A stretch of 64,000 bases of DNA, taken from an uncultured archaeon (GTDB taxonomy: Archaea > Asgardarchaeota > Thorarchaeia > Thorarchaeales > Thorarchaeaceae). Shown in pieces: positions 1-7,234 of this stretch. The stretch lies in contig CAYWJO010000007.1 in assembly GCA_964458565.1 (NCBI GenBank), positions 37,154 to 101,153 of the forward strand, read 5' to 3'. The translations under genes were made by a program, and so were the position numbers. Numbering within the stretch: position 1 is the stretch's first letter; each line of letters starts with the position of its first letter. The notes below the pieces were generated by a model, which was given only the letters and a program-made list of their open reading frames with translations, was not told the DNA's origin and did no database searches.

Positions 1-167
1 TTACAATAGAAGCTGCATTAATGGATTTTTTGATTCGACGATCGGTAGTAGATAAAAAGATGGTAAAAGAAACTAGCGTGACGACCGAAAAGTCTTGTCT
101 ATTGGAAACCTACGCAATCTTATCCGTTCGGAAAATCAATCGATTTCGGAATATGCTACTGAGATGA
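1..167 (+). CDS. 3' end of an upstream gene entering from the window edge (partial, product unknown)
   Basis: Frame 3 is open from base 3 to TGA at 165-167. That stop overlaps an in-frame ATG (164-166) of the next ORF as ATGA, a typical coupled junction. The 54 visible residues contain no recognisable motif. Confidence 0.3.
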   Translation, partial: TIEAALMDFLIRRSVVDKKMVKETSVTTEKSCLLETYAILSVRKINRFRNMLLR

Positions 168-472
168 TGCAAATCGCTCTTGATAATCCTGATTCATTAC
201 TCATTGATGAAAATCGAATCATTAGGAAATTAGGTTTAAGGTGTAAAGAACCACGGATTGTGCAACTTATTTGGTTTGAAAAGACCAACCGTGTTTCAGC
301 AACATGGACTTTGTATGTGAGCGATCAGATTTCAATTGCTAAATGGGGTCTATTAGCACTACCACATGACAACCTTAAGCGAATGAATCTTCTTGAGTGG
401 ATGTCAAAGAAACCGGATATAGTAGCAGAAGCAAGAAGACAATTAATCATTGATGGACTATTGAAAGAATAA
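95..472 (+). CDS. hypothetical protein (true start possibly ATG at 164)
   Basis: ORF-track ORF with a TTG start at 95. An ATG-ATG at 164 gives a 102-aa product (MMQIALDNPDS...) coupled to the upstream ORF through an ATGA overlap. No family recognised, and it does not look like a KorA alpha subunit. Confidence 0.4.
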   Translation: MSIGNLRNLIRSENQSISEYATEMMQIALDNPDSLLIDENRIIRKLGLRCKEPRIVQLIWFEKTNRVSATWTLYVSDQISIAKWGLLALPHDNLKRMNLLEWMSKKPDIVAEARRQLIIDGLLKE

Positions 473-519
473 TTGGCTAGACAGAATGTGTTATTAGTTT
501 CTCTCATTGAAAAGCTTGT

Positions 520-1359
520 GTGAATCTCATGTCCACATCCGAAAAGCACTTTGCAAGATATTACCTCAGAGAAGAGAGTTTACCCACCGCATTCTGTCCT
601 GGATGTGGGAATGGTACAATCACGAATTCGTTCCTCAAGGCAGTTAGTGATTTGGGTCATGAGGACTTGAGTAAGTTTGCATTTGTTTCTGGAATTGGGT
701 GTGGAGCCTGGATCCCTTCCCCACACTTCAATGCAGACTCATTGCACACTACCCATGGACGTGCAGTAGCATTTGCTACCGGTCTCAAACTGGCCCGTTC
801 TGAGCTGGAGGTGGTTGTGATAAGTGGAGATGGGGACCTTGCTGCTATAGGTGGAAATCATCTGATTCATGCTGCACGACGTAACATCGACTTGACAGTT
901 ATTTGCAGTAACAATTACATCTACGGGATGACTGGGGGACAGGTTGGACCAACAACCTTCACTCATGATCGAACTACTACTACCCCCTATGGGAATCCTG
1001 AACGTCCATTTGACCTTGCCAGACTTGTTACTGCAGCAGGAGCCAATTATGTAGCTCGATGGACTACAGCTCACCCAATTCAAGCAGCACGTGCAATACG
1101 AACCGCACTTCAACGAAAGGGATTCTCTTTCATTGAGATGTTGAGCCAATGCCCGACTGCATATGGACGACGAACAAAGACTGGAGGTCCTATTGAATTC
1201 TTAGAATGGTTCAAGCGTTTGCCTGTACGTAAGAAGGATGATCCAATCGAGTATAAAGTACCAACAAAGGATGGTATAGACCTCGGTGTATTTGCGGACA
1301 GACATGAAAAGGAATTCATAGAATCAATGAATGAGATCTATTCAGGTCTGAAGGAGTGA
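520..1359 (+). CDS. korB: 2-oxoacid:ferredoxin oxidoreductase, beta (TPP-binding) subunit
   Basis: N-terminal FCPGCGNG, then GIGCG, then the TPP-binding stretch ISGDGDLAAIGGNH..AARRN. Length of about 279 aa fits, and the gamma subunit follows 7 nt downstream. ATG at 529 is an alternative start. Confidence 0.9.
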   Translation: MNLMSTSEKHFARYYLREESLPTAFCPGCGNGTITNSFLKAVSDLGHEDLSKFAFVSGIGCGAWIPSPHFNADSLHTTHGRAVAFATGLKLARSELEVVVISGDGDLAAIGGNHLIHAARRNIDLTVICSNNYIYGMTGGQVGPTTFTHDRTTTTPYGNPERPFDLARLVTAAGANYVARWTTAHPIQAARAIRTALQRKGFSFIEMLSQCPTAYGRRTKTGGPIEFLEWFKRLPVRKKDDPIEYKVPTKDGIDLGVFADRHEKEFIESMNEIYSGLKE

Positions 1360-1365
1360 GAGTGT

Positions 1366-1893
1366 GTGAGGATAGAAATTCGTATTGCAGGTACGGGTGG
1401 CATGGGAGTAGTCCTCGCAGGAGTAATTATGGGTCACGCAGCAGTAGTTTATGGCGGGCTTGATGCAGTTCAAACACAGAGCTACGGCTCTGAGGCACGT
1501 GGTACTGCAGCCAAAAGTGAAGTAATTATAAGCGATCAGCCAATTCGATATCCTAAGGTACGAAAGTCAGATTTTCTGATTGCAATGAGTCAAAAAGCAT
1601 TTGATATGTACGCTCCAGATATCAGGGAGGGTAGTACTGTGATTGTAGATCAAGACCTTGTAGACTCCTCAAATTCTCCAATTACCTGTGAGATTGTGAA
1701 AGTACCAGCGATGCAAATTGCTGATGATCTAGGTCGTCGAATGATTTCGAATATGGTCATGCTCGGTGCATTAACAAAGAAGTCTAACGTTATACCAATG
1801 GACGTTCTTGAGAGGGCAGTAGCTGATATGGTACCTCCTAACACATTTGAACTTAACAAGAATGCAATCATGGCTGGAGCTAACTTTGTCTAA
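1366..1893 (+). CDS. korG: 2-oxoacid:ferredoxin oxidoreductase, gamma subunit
   Basis: The pattern IRIAGTGGMGVV..G......V.QTQSYGSEARGT is typical of the POR/KOR gamma domain. It is 175 aa and sits immediately after the beta subunit. Confidence 0.85.
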   Translation: MRIEIRIAGTGGMGVVLAGVIMGHAAVVYGGLDAVQTQSYGSEARGTAAKSEVIISDQPIRYPKVRKSDFLIAMSQKAFDMYAPDIREGSTVIVDQDLVDSSNSPITCEIVKVPAMQIADDLGRRMISNMVMLGALTKKSNVIPMDVLERAVADMVPPNTFELNKNAIMAGANFV

Positions 1894-2165
1894 CCTCCAT
1901 GAATGAGTGGAAGTATCACAATTGTTTCTTCATTATACACATTGGTTTCCAACCCACCACTAAGCCCTATATCTGCATCATTTCTTAATATCAAAGCTTC
2001 ACGGTCCATGGTCTGTACTTCTAACCAAAGGTTTCGCACCTCTTCGTTCTCATCAATCAACCTTTGAAGGATATCCAGTACTTTGGTTGGATTTTTAATT
2101 TGTATCTCGATTTGTCGGTTTCCCAATCGTGCAGCAATTGGGCCTCGTATCGTAATCTTGACCAT
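1890..2165 (-). CDS. ubiquitin-like beta-grasp protein of the MoaD/ThiS/SAMP type
   Basis: 91 aa ending in ...ILPLIHGG-stop, a C-terminal Gly-Gly. Size and hydrophobic pattern fit MoaD/ThiS-family small modifier or sulfur-carrier proteins. Confidence 0.7.
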   Translation of the reverse strand: MVKITIRGPIAARLGNRQIEIQIKNPTKVLDILQRLIDENEEVRNLWLEVQTMDREALILRNDADIGLSGGLETNVYNEETIVILPLIHGG

Positions 2166-2278
2166 GACGGATGACCTAAAATTTTGTCAGAGTATTTGAA
2201 AATAAAGGAGACGGAATCACCAAGCTCGAATACCTAGAGCAATCATCTTATCAAGCAAAGCATATGGTTTTCTGATTT

Positions 2279-3733
2279 ATGGCCGAGGAGTCCGAATCAC
2301 AAGAGCTCATAGAGAGCACTTTTGCAAAAGTATTCGGTATAGCGCAGCCTACCGAAAATGCAGTTCGTCTTGTGAAGATACTATCAGTTCTCATGCCATC
2401 CTTTGCAGCCTCTTTTCAGATTTCAACCACGTTCTATATGATTTTCATTGCAGAAACCCTTGGTGGTGACTATGTAACAGGTATTGCCTACGTTGGGATT
2501 CTGGTGACAATCCAACTCGCAATCCAAACACTCCTCGATTATCCCACAGGTGCCATTGGTGACTGGATTGGACAAAGGTATGTGATTGCTTCAGCATTGC
2601 TCTGTTATTCTGTGGCTTTCTTCCTTACAGCTCAAATCACACCTGAAACCCCTTTCGGTCTATTTGTTGTAATATATGTTCTATTTGGTCTTGGATCGTC
2701 ACAGGAAAGTGGGGCATTCAATGCATGGTTCGACAATAATTATCGTGTTGCTATGCCTCATGATACGGATAGAAAACAGTATGGTGTGTTTTGGGGACGT
2801 GTTGGGATGGTATGGCAGGTCTCATCTACTTTAGTTTTAATACCTGGTTCTTATCTTGCTCTCATAACGGATAGAACTTGGGTATTCTTTTTACAATCAA
2901 TCTTCTGCTTGATTCTATCAGTTGTTGTCATGATGGTTGTGAAGGACCTACCTGGAGTAAGAGATCAGGACGAAGCTCGTCGCTCGCTTGGTGAATACAA
3001 AAACCTTCTAGTAGATGGTGTGAGGTTCCTGGGTTCTACACGATTTGTCACATTCATAATTCTTGGTGAGGTACTGCTCTGGTCTGTGGGTCCAGTTTGG
3101 TGGAACCTCCATCTTTTCCCATTTTATTATTGGTTCCTCCTGACCGAGGTAGCTGTATCCTCCTTCAGAACTCTGGTGTTTATTCCACAGGCGATAGCCA
3201 ATGAACGCAGTGGCGTCTGGTCAAAGCGCTTCAGTCCCGAAAAATGGGTTCCCCGATTTAGATTTCTACAGTTTGGAGGTCCAGTTTTCTACATTATCAT
3301 AGCAGCAATTGTTCATGTCTTTCCAGGAGCTGTGGAGGGAGTAGCTGTGATTCCCTTCCTAGATTTTCCAATTTCCACACTGATCCCTGTATTCCTAATC
3401 TTTGCAACCTTTGTAGGAGTAAGTATGTTTGGAGGATTTGCACAGATACTGACCCAACGTGTGATGTTAGATGTGATTCCAAACAGAATTAGAAATAGCA
3501 TGTACTCACTCCAACCTACATTGGTAATGCTTCTATCTATGCCACTTCTTCTCTTCTTTGGCTGGTTGACATCAGAAAGCGGATTCACACTGCCGTTCAT
3601 ATTGTGTGGTTTAATCGCATTTTTCGGAATAGTCTTTATTGCGAAAGCATTCACATATCCAATCGTAAAAGCTGAGATTCAAGTTGCTGATGCCGAAGAG
3701 GCTGAAGTGGTAGAGGAGCTTGACGTAACTTAG
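2279..3733 (+). CDS. MFS-type transporter (about 12 TM) with an acidic C-terminal tail
   Basis: Polytopic hydrophobic profile. The loop motif GAIGDWIGQRY after TM2 resembles the MFS G-x-x-x-D-R/K-x-G-R-R signature. Confidence 0.65.
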   Translation: MAEESESQELIESTFAKVFGIAQPTENAVRLVKILSVLMPSFAASFQISTTFYMIFIAETLGGDYVTGIAYVGILVTIQLAIQTLLDYPTGAIGDWIGQRYVIASALLCYSVAFFLTAQITPETPFGLFVVIYVLFGLGSSQESGAFNAWFDNNYRVAMPHDTDRKQYGVFWGRVGMVWQVSSTLVLIPGSYLALITDRTWVFFLQSIFCLILSVVVMMVVKDLPGVRDQDEARRSLGEYKNLLVDGVRFLGSTRFVTFIILGEVLLWSVGPVWWNLHLFPFYYWFLLTEVAVSSFRTLVFIPQAIANERSGVWSKRFSPEKWVPRFRFLQFGGPVFYIIIAAIVHVFPGAVEGVAVIPFLDFPISTLIPVFLIFATFVGVSMFGGFAQILTQRVMLDVIPNRIRNSMYSLQPTLVMLLSMPLLLFFGWLTSESGFTLPFILCGLIAFFGIVFIAKAFTYPIVKAEIQVADAEEAEVVEELDVT

Positions 3734-3858
3734 TCATTGTTATTTTAATGGAAAAAGGAGCTAAAACCATTTACAATCAAGAATAATTTATCCGATTTCT
3801 CATAGACGTTCAATCAGAAAACTTTATCTCAGAATCATCGAGGATGCTGGTTACACAA

Positions 3859-3966
3859 GCCCCAGTAGCTTAGACCGGTTAGATCGCTTCCTTGGTAAAT
3901 GTGTGGGCTTTCCCCACATGTCTGGTTAGGAAGAGGCCGCGAGTTCAAATCTCGCCTGGGGCTCCA
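3859..3966 (+). tRNA. tRNA-Thr (anticodon GGU) with a canonical intron of about 30 nt after position 37; CCA is encoded
   Basis: Hand fold: acceptor GCCCCAG/CTGGGGC, anticodon stem CTTCC/GGAAG, and loop TTGGTA interrupted by aatgtgtgggctttccccacatgtctggtt. T arm is GCGAG-TTCAAAT-CTCGC, discriminator is T, then CCA. Confidence 0.85.
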
Positions 3967-3973
3967 TTATCTC

Positions 3974-4288
3974 TCACTTATTCTCCAACTTCTCTATCTT
4001 GAAGATGACTGGTCTTAATCCATCACCACAGGGTTGATAGGTGACTCCCGATTTGGGGTAGTTGTAATCCCCTCCATTATAATAGACCATTAGAGTGGTA
4101 TAGAGGTCCTGCCAAGCTCTTCCGCAGAAATCCTTGGGTCTATCAAGATGATGGTCTATAATGAATTCTTCTCCGTCCTCATAACTACAGGGACCAATGA
4201 TTTCTCCATTTTCACGCTTCATTGTGTGACCAAAGACGTCTTCCGGGCTGAATCTTTTAACAACTGTAACTTTCAGTTTTGTATTCAT
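3974..4288 (-). CDS. small Cys-containing protein, TIGR04076-like family
   Basis: 104 aa. GPC...GEEF......P.DFC..AW.DL....... followed by C.DG.RPVIFK.E matches my recollection of the TIGR04076 family layout. Confidence 0.55.
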   Translation of the reverse strand: MNTKLKVTVVKRFSPEDVFGHTMKRENGEIIGPCSYEDGEEFIIDHHLDRPKDFCGRAWQDLYTTLMVYYNGGDYNYPKSGVTYQPCGDGLRPVIFKIEKLENK

Positions 4289-4503
4289 TCCACTCTCTCC
4301 TCGACTGATGAATTACATTGATGCCACTTCTTCTTGTCTTTAGGATTTACCCACTCACGCAAAGGATGTTTAGGAATTAACGTGTAATGATAACTTTGTA
4401 TAGACAGAATCAATGTTGTCAGTTGCAGATGAAATCAGAAATCACAATAACAGCGCCTCAAATTATGTGGTTGTTGAAAATCCGATCTAAGGCTCCATAA
4501 TCT

Positions 4504-4884
4504 TTAATTCTCATGATTGTTGCAATAGTCATTAACTATATCGTCTACGTTTATTCCAGACTGTTTTATCAGTAGATGATCTCCTTGCATATCTTTGAAT
4601 GCCTTAAACACGAGATAACCCCCAACCAATAGGAGAATGATTATTCCTGCAGAAAGCCCCAGGATAAATGGCAGAACACTCTCTAGTTCATAATATTGAG
4701 AAGTAGCAATGAGTATCGTGAGCAGTGACATAGGAATTGTAATTATTCCAATTCCAGTTCTAAGTTCTGCGAGATGGGTACGTTTTTCCGCCTCGATAGT
4801 ACGAATTATTGCTAATCTAGTTGTGATATGTCTGTCATTGCCATCTGAATGATTGAATCGAACTTCGGTGTCCATGGTTTTCAC
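4504..4884 (-). CDS. DUF202 (YidH-like) membrane protein
   Basis: AEKRTHLAELRTGIGII followed by two or three TM helices resembles the ERT.LAW.RT signature of DUF202. Confidence 0.55.
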   Translation of the reverse strand: MKTMDTEVRFNHSDGNDRHITTRLAIIRTIEAEKRTHLAELRTGIGIITIPMSLLTILIATSQYYELESVLPFILGLSAGIIILLLVGGYLVFKAFKDMQGDHLLIKQSGINVDDIVNDYCNNHEN

Positions 4885-4889
4885 TTTTC

Positions 4890-5195
4890 TCAGGTCTGTC
4901 TACGTTTTTTTCCCATCATTTTCATTAAAACAATTCTAGCTTGTTCAGGACCATATAACTCAGACAGTCTCTCTAAGACCTCATCCTCTTCCATCTTATC
5001 CAGCCATTTTTCTATCTGTTTCTGCATCTCAGGCGAGAGGTCTTTCGCTAACTTTTTAGCTCGTTCCTTTCTTCCAAGATCAAAATCATCCGGTCCCAAA
5101 AGGCTCATTTTCATACACCAACATTGACTATCATAAAGTGAACATTTGACCTTTGTCATCTGGCTGTTAGAATCATCATCTAATATAGTCCACAT
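4890..5195 (-). CDS. hypothetical small helical protein (true start may be an internal Met)
   Basis: ORF ends 5 nt upstream of the DUF202 gene on the same strand. It is charged and helical with no recognised motif. Confidence 0.35.
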   Translation of the reverse strand: MWTILDDDSNSQMTKVKCSLYDSQCWCMKMSLLGPDDFDLGRKERAKKLAKDLSPEMQKQIEKWLDKMEEDEVLERLSELYGPEQARIVLMKMMGKKRRQT

Positions 5196-5268
5196 TACGC
5201 TTGATAAGTAGATAAAAAAGGGTGTTGGAATGCTACTAGTGAAATTATAGCAAACAGGAATTTTCTAT

Positions 5269-6978
5269 ATGCCAAGGCAAAGCCGAAAGGAACTACAATG
5301 GTGGAAAAAGACCACAGTATACCAAGTATATCCCCGAAGCTTCAAAGATAGCACAGGTAACGGAATTGGAGATATTCCCGGTATTATATCCAAATTAGAT
5401 TACTTGCAAGACTTGGGGATTGAAACAATCTGGGTTTCACCGTTATTCTCTAGTCCCCAAGCGGACCATGGTTATGATGTCAGTAACTACCGCGATATCG
5501 CGCCAGAATATGGCACACTGTCTGATTGTGAACGGCTCATAAATGAGATTCATAATCGTGAAATGTATGCAGTATTTGATATGGTTTTGAACCATACCAG
5601 TGATCAGCACAATTGGTTCTTAGAATCTCGGGAAAGCCGTGATAACCCGAAACGTGATTGGTATATATGGCATGATGGACAGAAACCCGGTGGAAAAAAG
5701 CCTCCGAATAACTGGAATTCGATGGTTGGAGGTTCTGGATGGCATTATGATGAATTGACCGATCAATGGTACTGGGCACAGTTCCTTCCTTTTCAGCCAG
5801 ATCTCAACTACCGTAATGCTGAAGTGAAGGAAGAGATGTTTGATACAGTCCGCTTCTGGTTGGATAAAGGGGTTGATGGTTTTCGCTTGGATATAATTAA
5901 TACCATATACGAAGACCCCGCTCTAAGAGATAATCCCTTTGCTTGGACTTACCTGCCTTCAGAAGAACACACAAAGAGCTTCTTCAAGGACAACATCTAC
6001 ACAATAAATCATCCTGACAACTTCATCTTTGTAAAAGAACTACGTAGTGTTATGAACGAATTTTCAGATCCAGAACGATTCTTGGTGGGTGAAGTAGGAG
6101 CTCCTTTGGCTATTCTGAAACAATACTGTGGTGATATCGTTGATGAAACGGTTACCGATGGACTTCATTTGATTTTTCAATTTCAATCATTAGGTGCAAA
6201 GTTAACAGCTGGCAGATTTAGAACTCTGTTCCAAGACTATGAGCAGGTCTTCTCGGAGCCCTATATTCCAACCTGGGTGTTTTCCAATCACGATCAAAAA
6301 CGACGGATAAGTAGACTGAATGGGAATGTGGAAAAAGCCAAACTCAATACCACATTGCAACTCACGACCCGAGGTGTTCCATTCATCTACTATGGTGAAG
6401 AAATCGGGATGCTTCAGTCTAAAATCCCTCTTAAAAGTGCACAAGACCCTGTTGCTCAGAAACTCGCATTGTTGCCCCGCATACTTACCTCTTTATTTCA
6501 GAAAATTGGGGATATCTCATTGAATCGAGATGAGTGCAGGACACCAATGCAATGGGATTCAGGACCCAATGCAGGGTTTTGCCAATCAGAAACCAACCCG
6601 TGGCTGCCTATAGGACCAGATTATGAAGAGATTAATGTTGACATAGAAGAAAGTGACCCTGCTTCTTTACTTAATTGTTACAAGGAATTATTGAAACTTC
6701 GTCGCAAAACACCCGCTCTGCATTCCGGAGCGCTTAGATTTAGTCAACTCCATAATGGTCAAAAATCACTCCTAATGTATGAACGAATATTCAGCAGTGA
6801 CGAATCAGAACAAATAGTAGAAATCTGGTTAAATCTTTCAGATAAATCAATTCAAGTTGCCCAGGATTTGATTTCCTGTAAACTAAGATTTTCTACGATG
6901 AAGAGTACAACTCCACTCCGTGATGATAGTTTGTACCTAGAACCTCATCAGGGAATTGTTCTAGAGATTGTAGACTGA
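5269..6978 (+). CDS. GH13 alpha-glucosidase / oligo-1,6-glucosidase-type glycoside hydrolase
   Basis: WWKKTTVYQVYPRSFKDSTGNGIGDIPGI..KLDYLQDLGIETIWVSPLF.SP..DHGYDVSNY, then the nucleophile region GVDGFRLDII, then acid/base VGEV, then SNHDQ. Confidence 0.9.
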   Translation: MPRQSRKELQWWKKTTVYQVYPRSFKDSTGNGIGDIPGIISKLDYLQDLGIETIWVSPLFSSPQADHGYDVSNYRDIAPEYGTLSDCERLINEIHNREMYAVFDMVLNHTSDQHNWFLESRESRDNPKRDWYIWHDGQKPGGKKPPNNWNSMVGGSGWHYDELTDQWYWAQFLPFQPDLNYRNAEVKEEMFDTVRFWLDKGVDGFRLDIINTIYEDPALRDNPFAWTYLPSEEHTKSFFKDNIYTINHPDNFIFVKELRSVMNEFSDPERFLVGEVGAPLAILKQYCGDIVDETVTDGLHLIFQFQSLGAKLTAGRFRTLFQDYEQVFSEPYIPTWVFSNHDQKRRISRLNGNVEKAKLNTTLQLTTRGVPFIYYGEEIGMLQSKIPLKSAQDPVAQKLALLPRILTSLFQKIGDISLNRDECRTPMQWDSGPNAGFCQSETNPWLPIGPDYEEINVDIEESDPASLLNCYKELLKLRRKTPALHSGALRFSQLHNGQKSLLMYERIFSSDESEQIVEIWLNLSDKSIQVAQDLISCKLRFSTMKSTTPLRDDSLYLEPHQGIVLEIVD

Positions 6979-7033
6979 TTCGGATGAGTTACCCGTCAAC
7001 AAACCTTTCTTCGTTATTTGGGAGGTATAGTTT

Positions 7034-7092
7034 ACGTGATGAGCAGAATTTATTAGTTAATCGTATGACTAACATATGAGTCCTCTGATTCC
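7034..7092 (+). ncRNA. weak candidate C/D-box sRNA
   Basis: GTGATGA (7036-7042) and CTGA (7085-7088) lie about 42 nt apart in a 255-nt intergenic spacer. Internal D'/C' boxes are only degenerate (AGTT / TATGAC), and there is no terminal stem. Confidence 0.15.
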
Positions 7093-7234
7093 AATCCGAG
7101 GATATTGTGAGTTGGAGATGGATTCGGGCTTGATGATTGGATAACATCAATCGTAAGCGTTAGAGAATGTATCCATTACAAGTGCATTATCCGCCGCTTC
7201 ATATTCGAATTCTTCCAAATTAGGGGCATGAAAC

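Noticed and set aside
95-472. The missing alpha subunit (KorA) of the 2-oxoacid oxidoreductase
   Set aside because: The ORF is far too short (102-125 aa against roughly 350-400 aa) and shows none of the alpha-subunit character. The alpha subunit is presumably upstream of the window or elsewhere.
1890-2165. Eukaryote-type ubiquitin
   Set aside because: Only the C-terminal Gly-Gly and the size match. The sequence looks like a MoaD/ThiS/SAMP-type beta-grasp protein. No E1-, E2- or E3-like genes are adjacent, so no ubiquitin-system claim is made.
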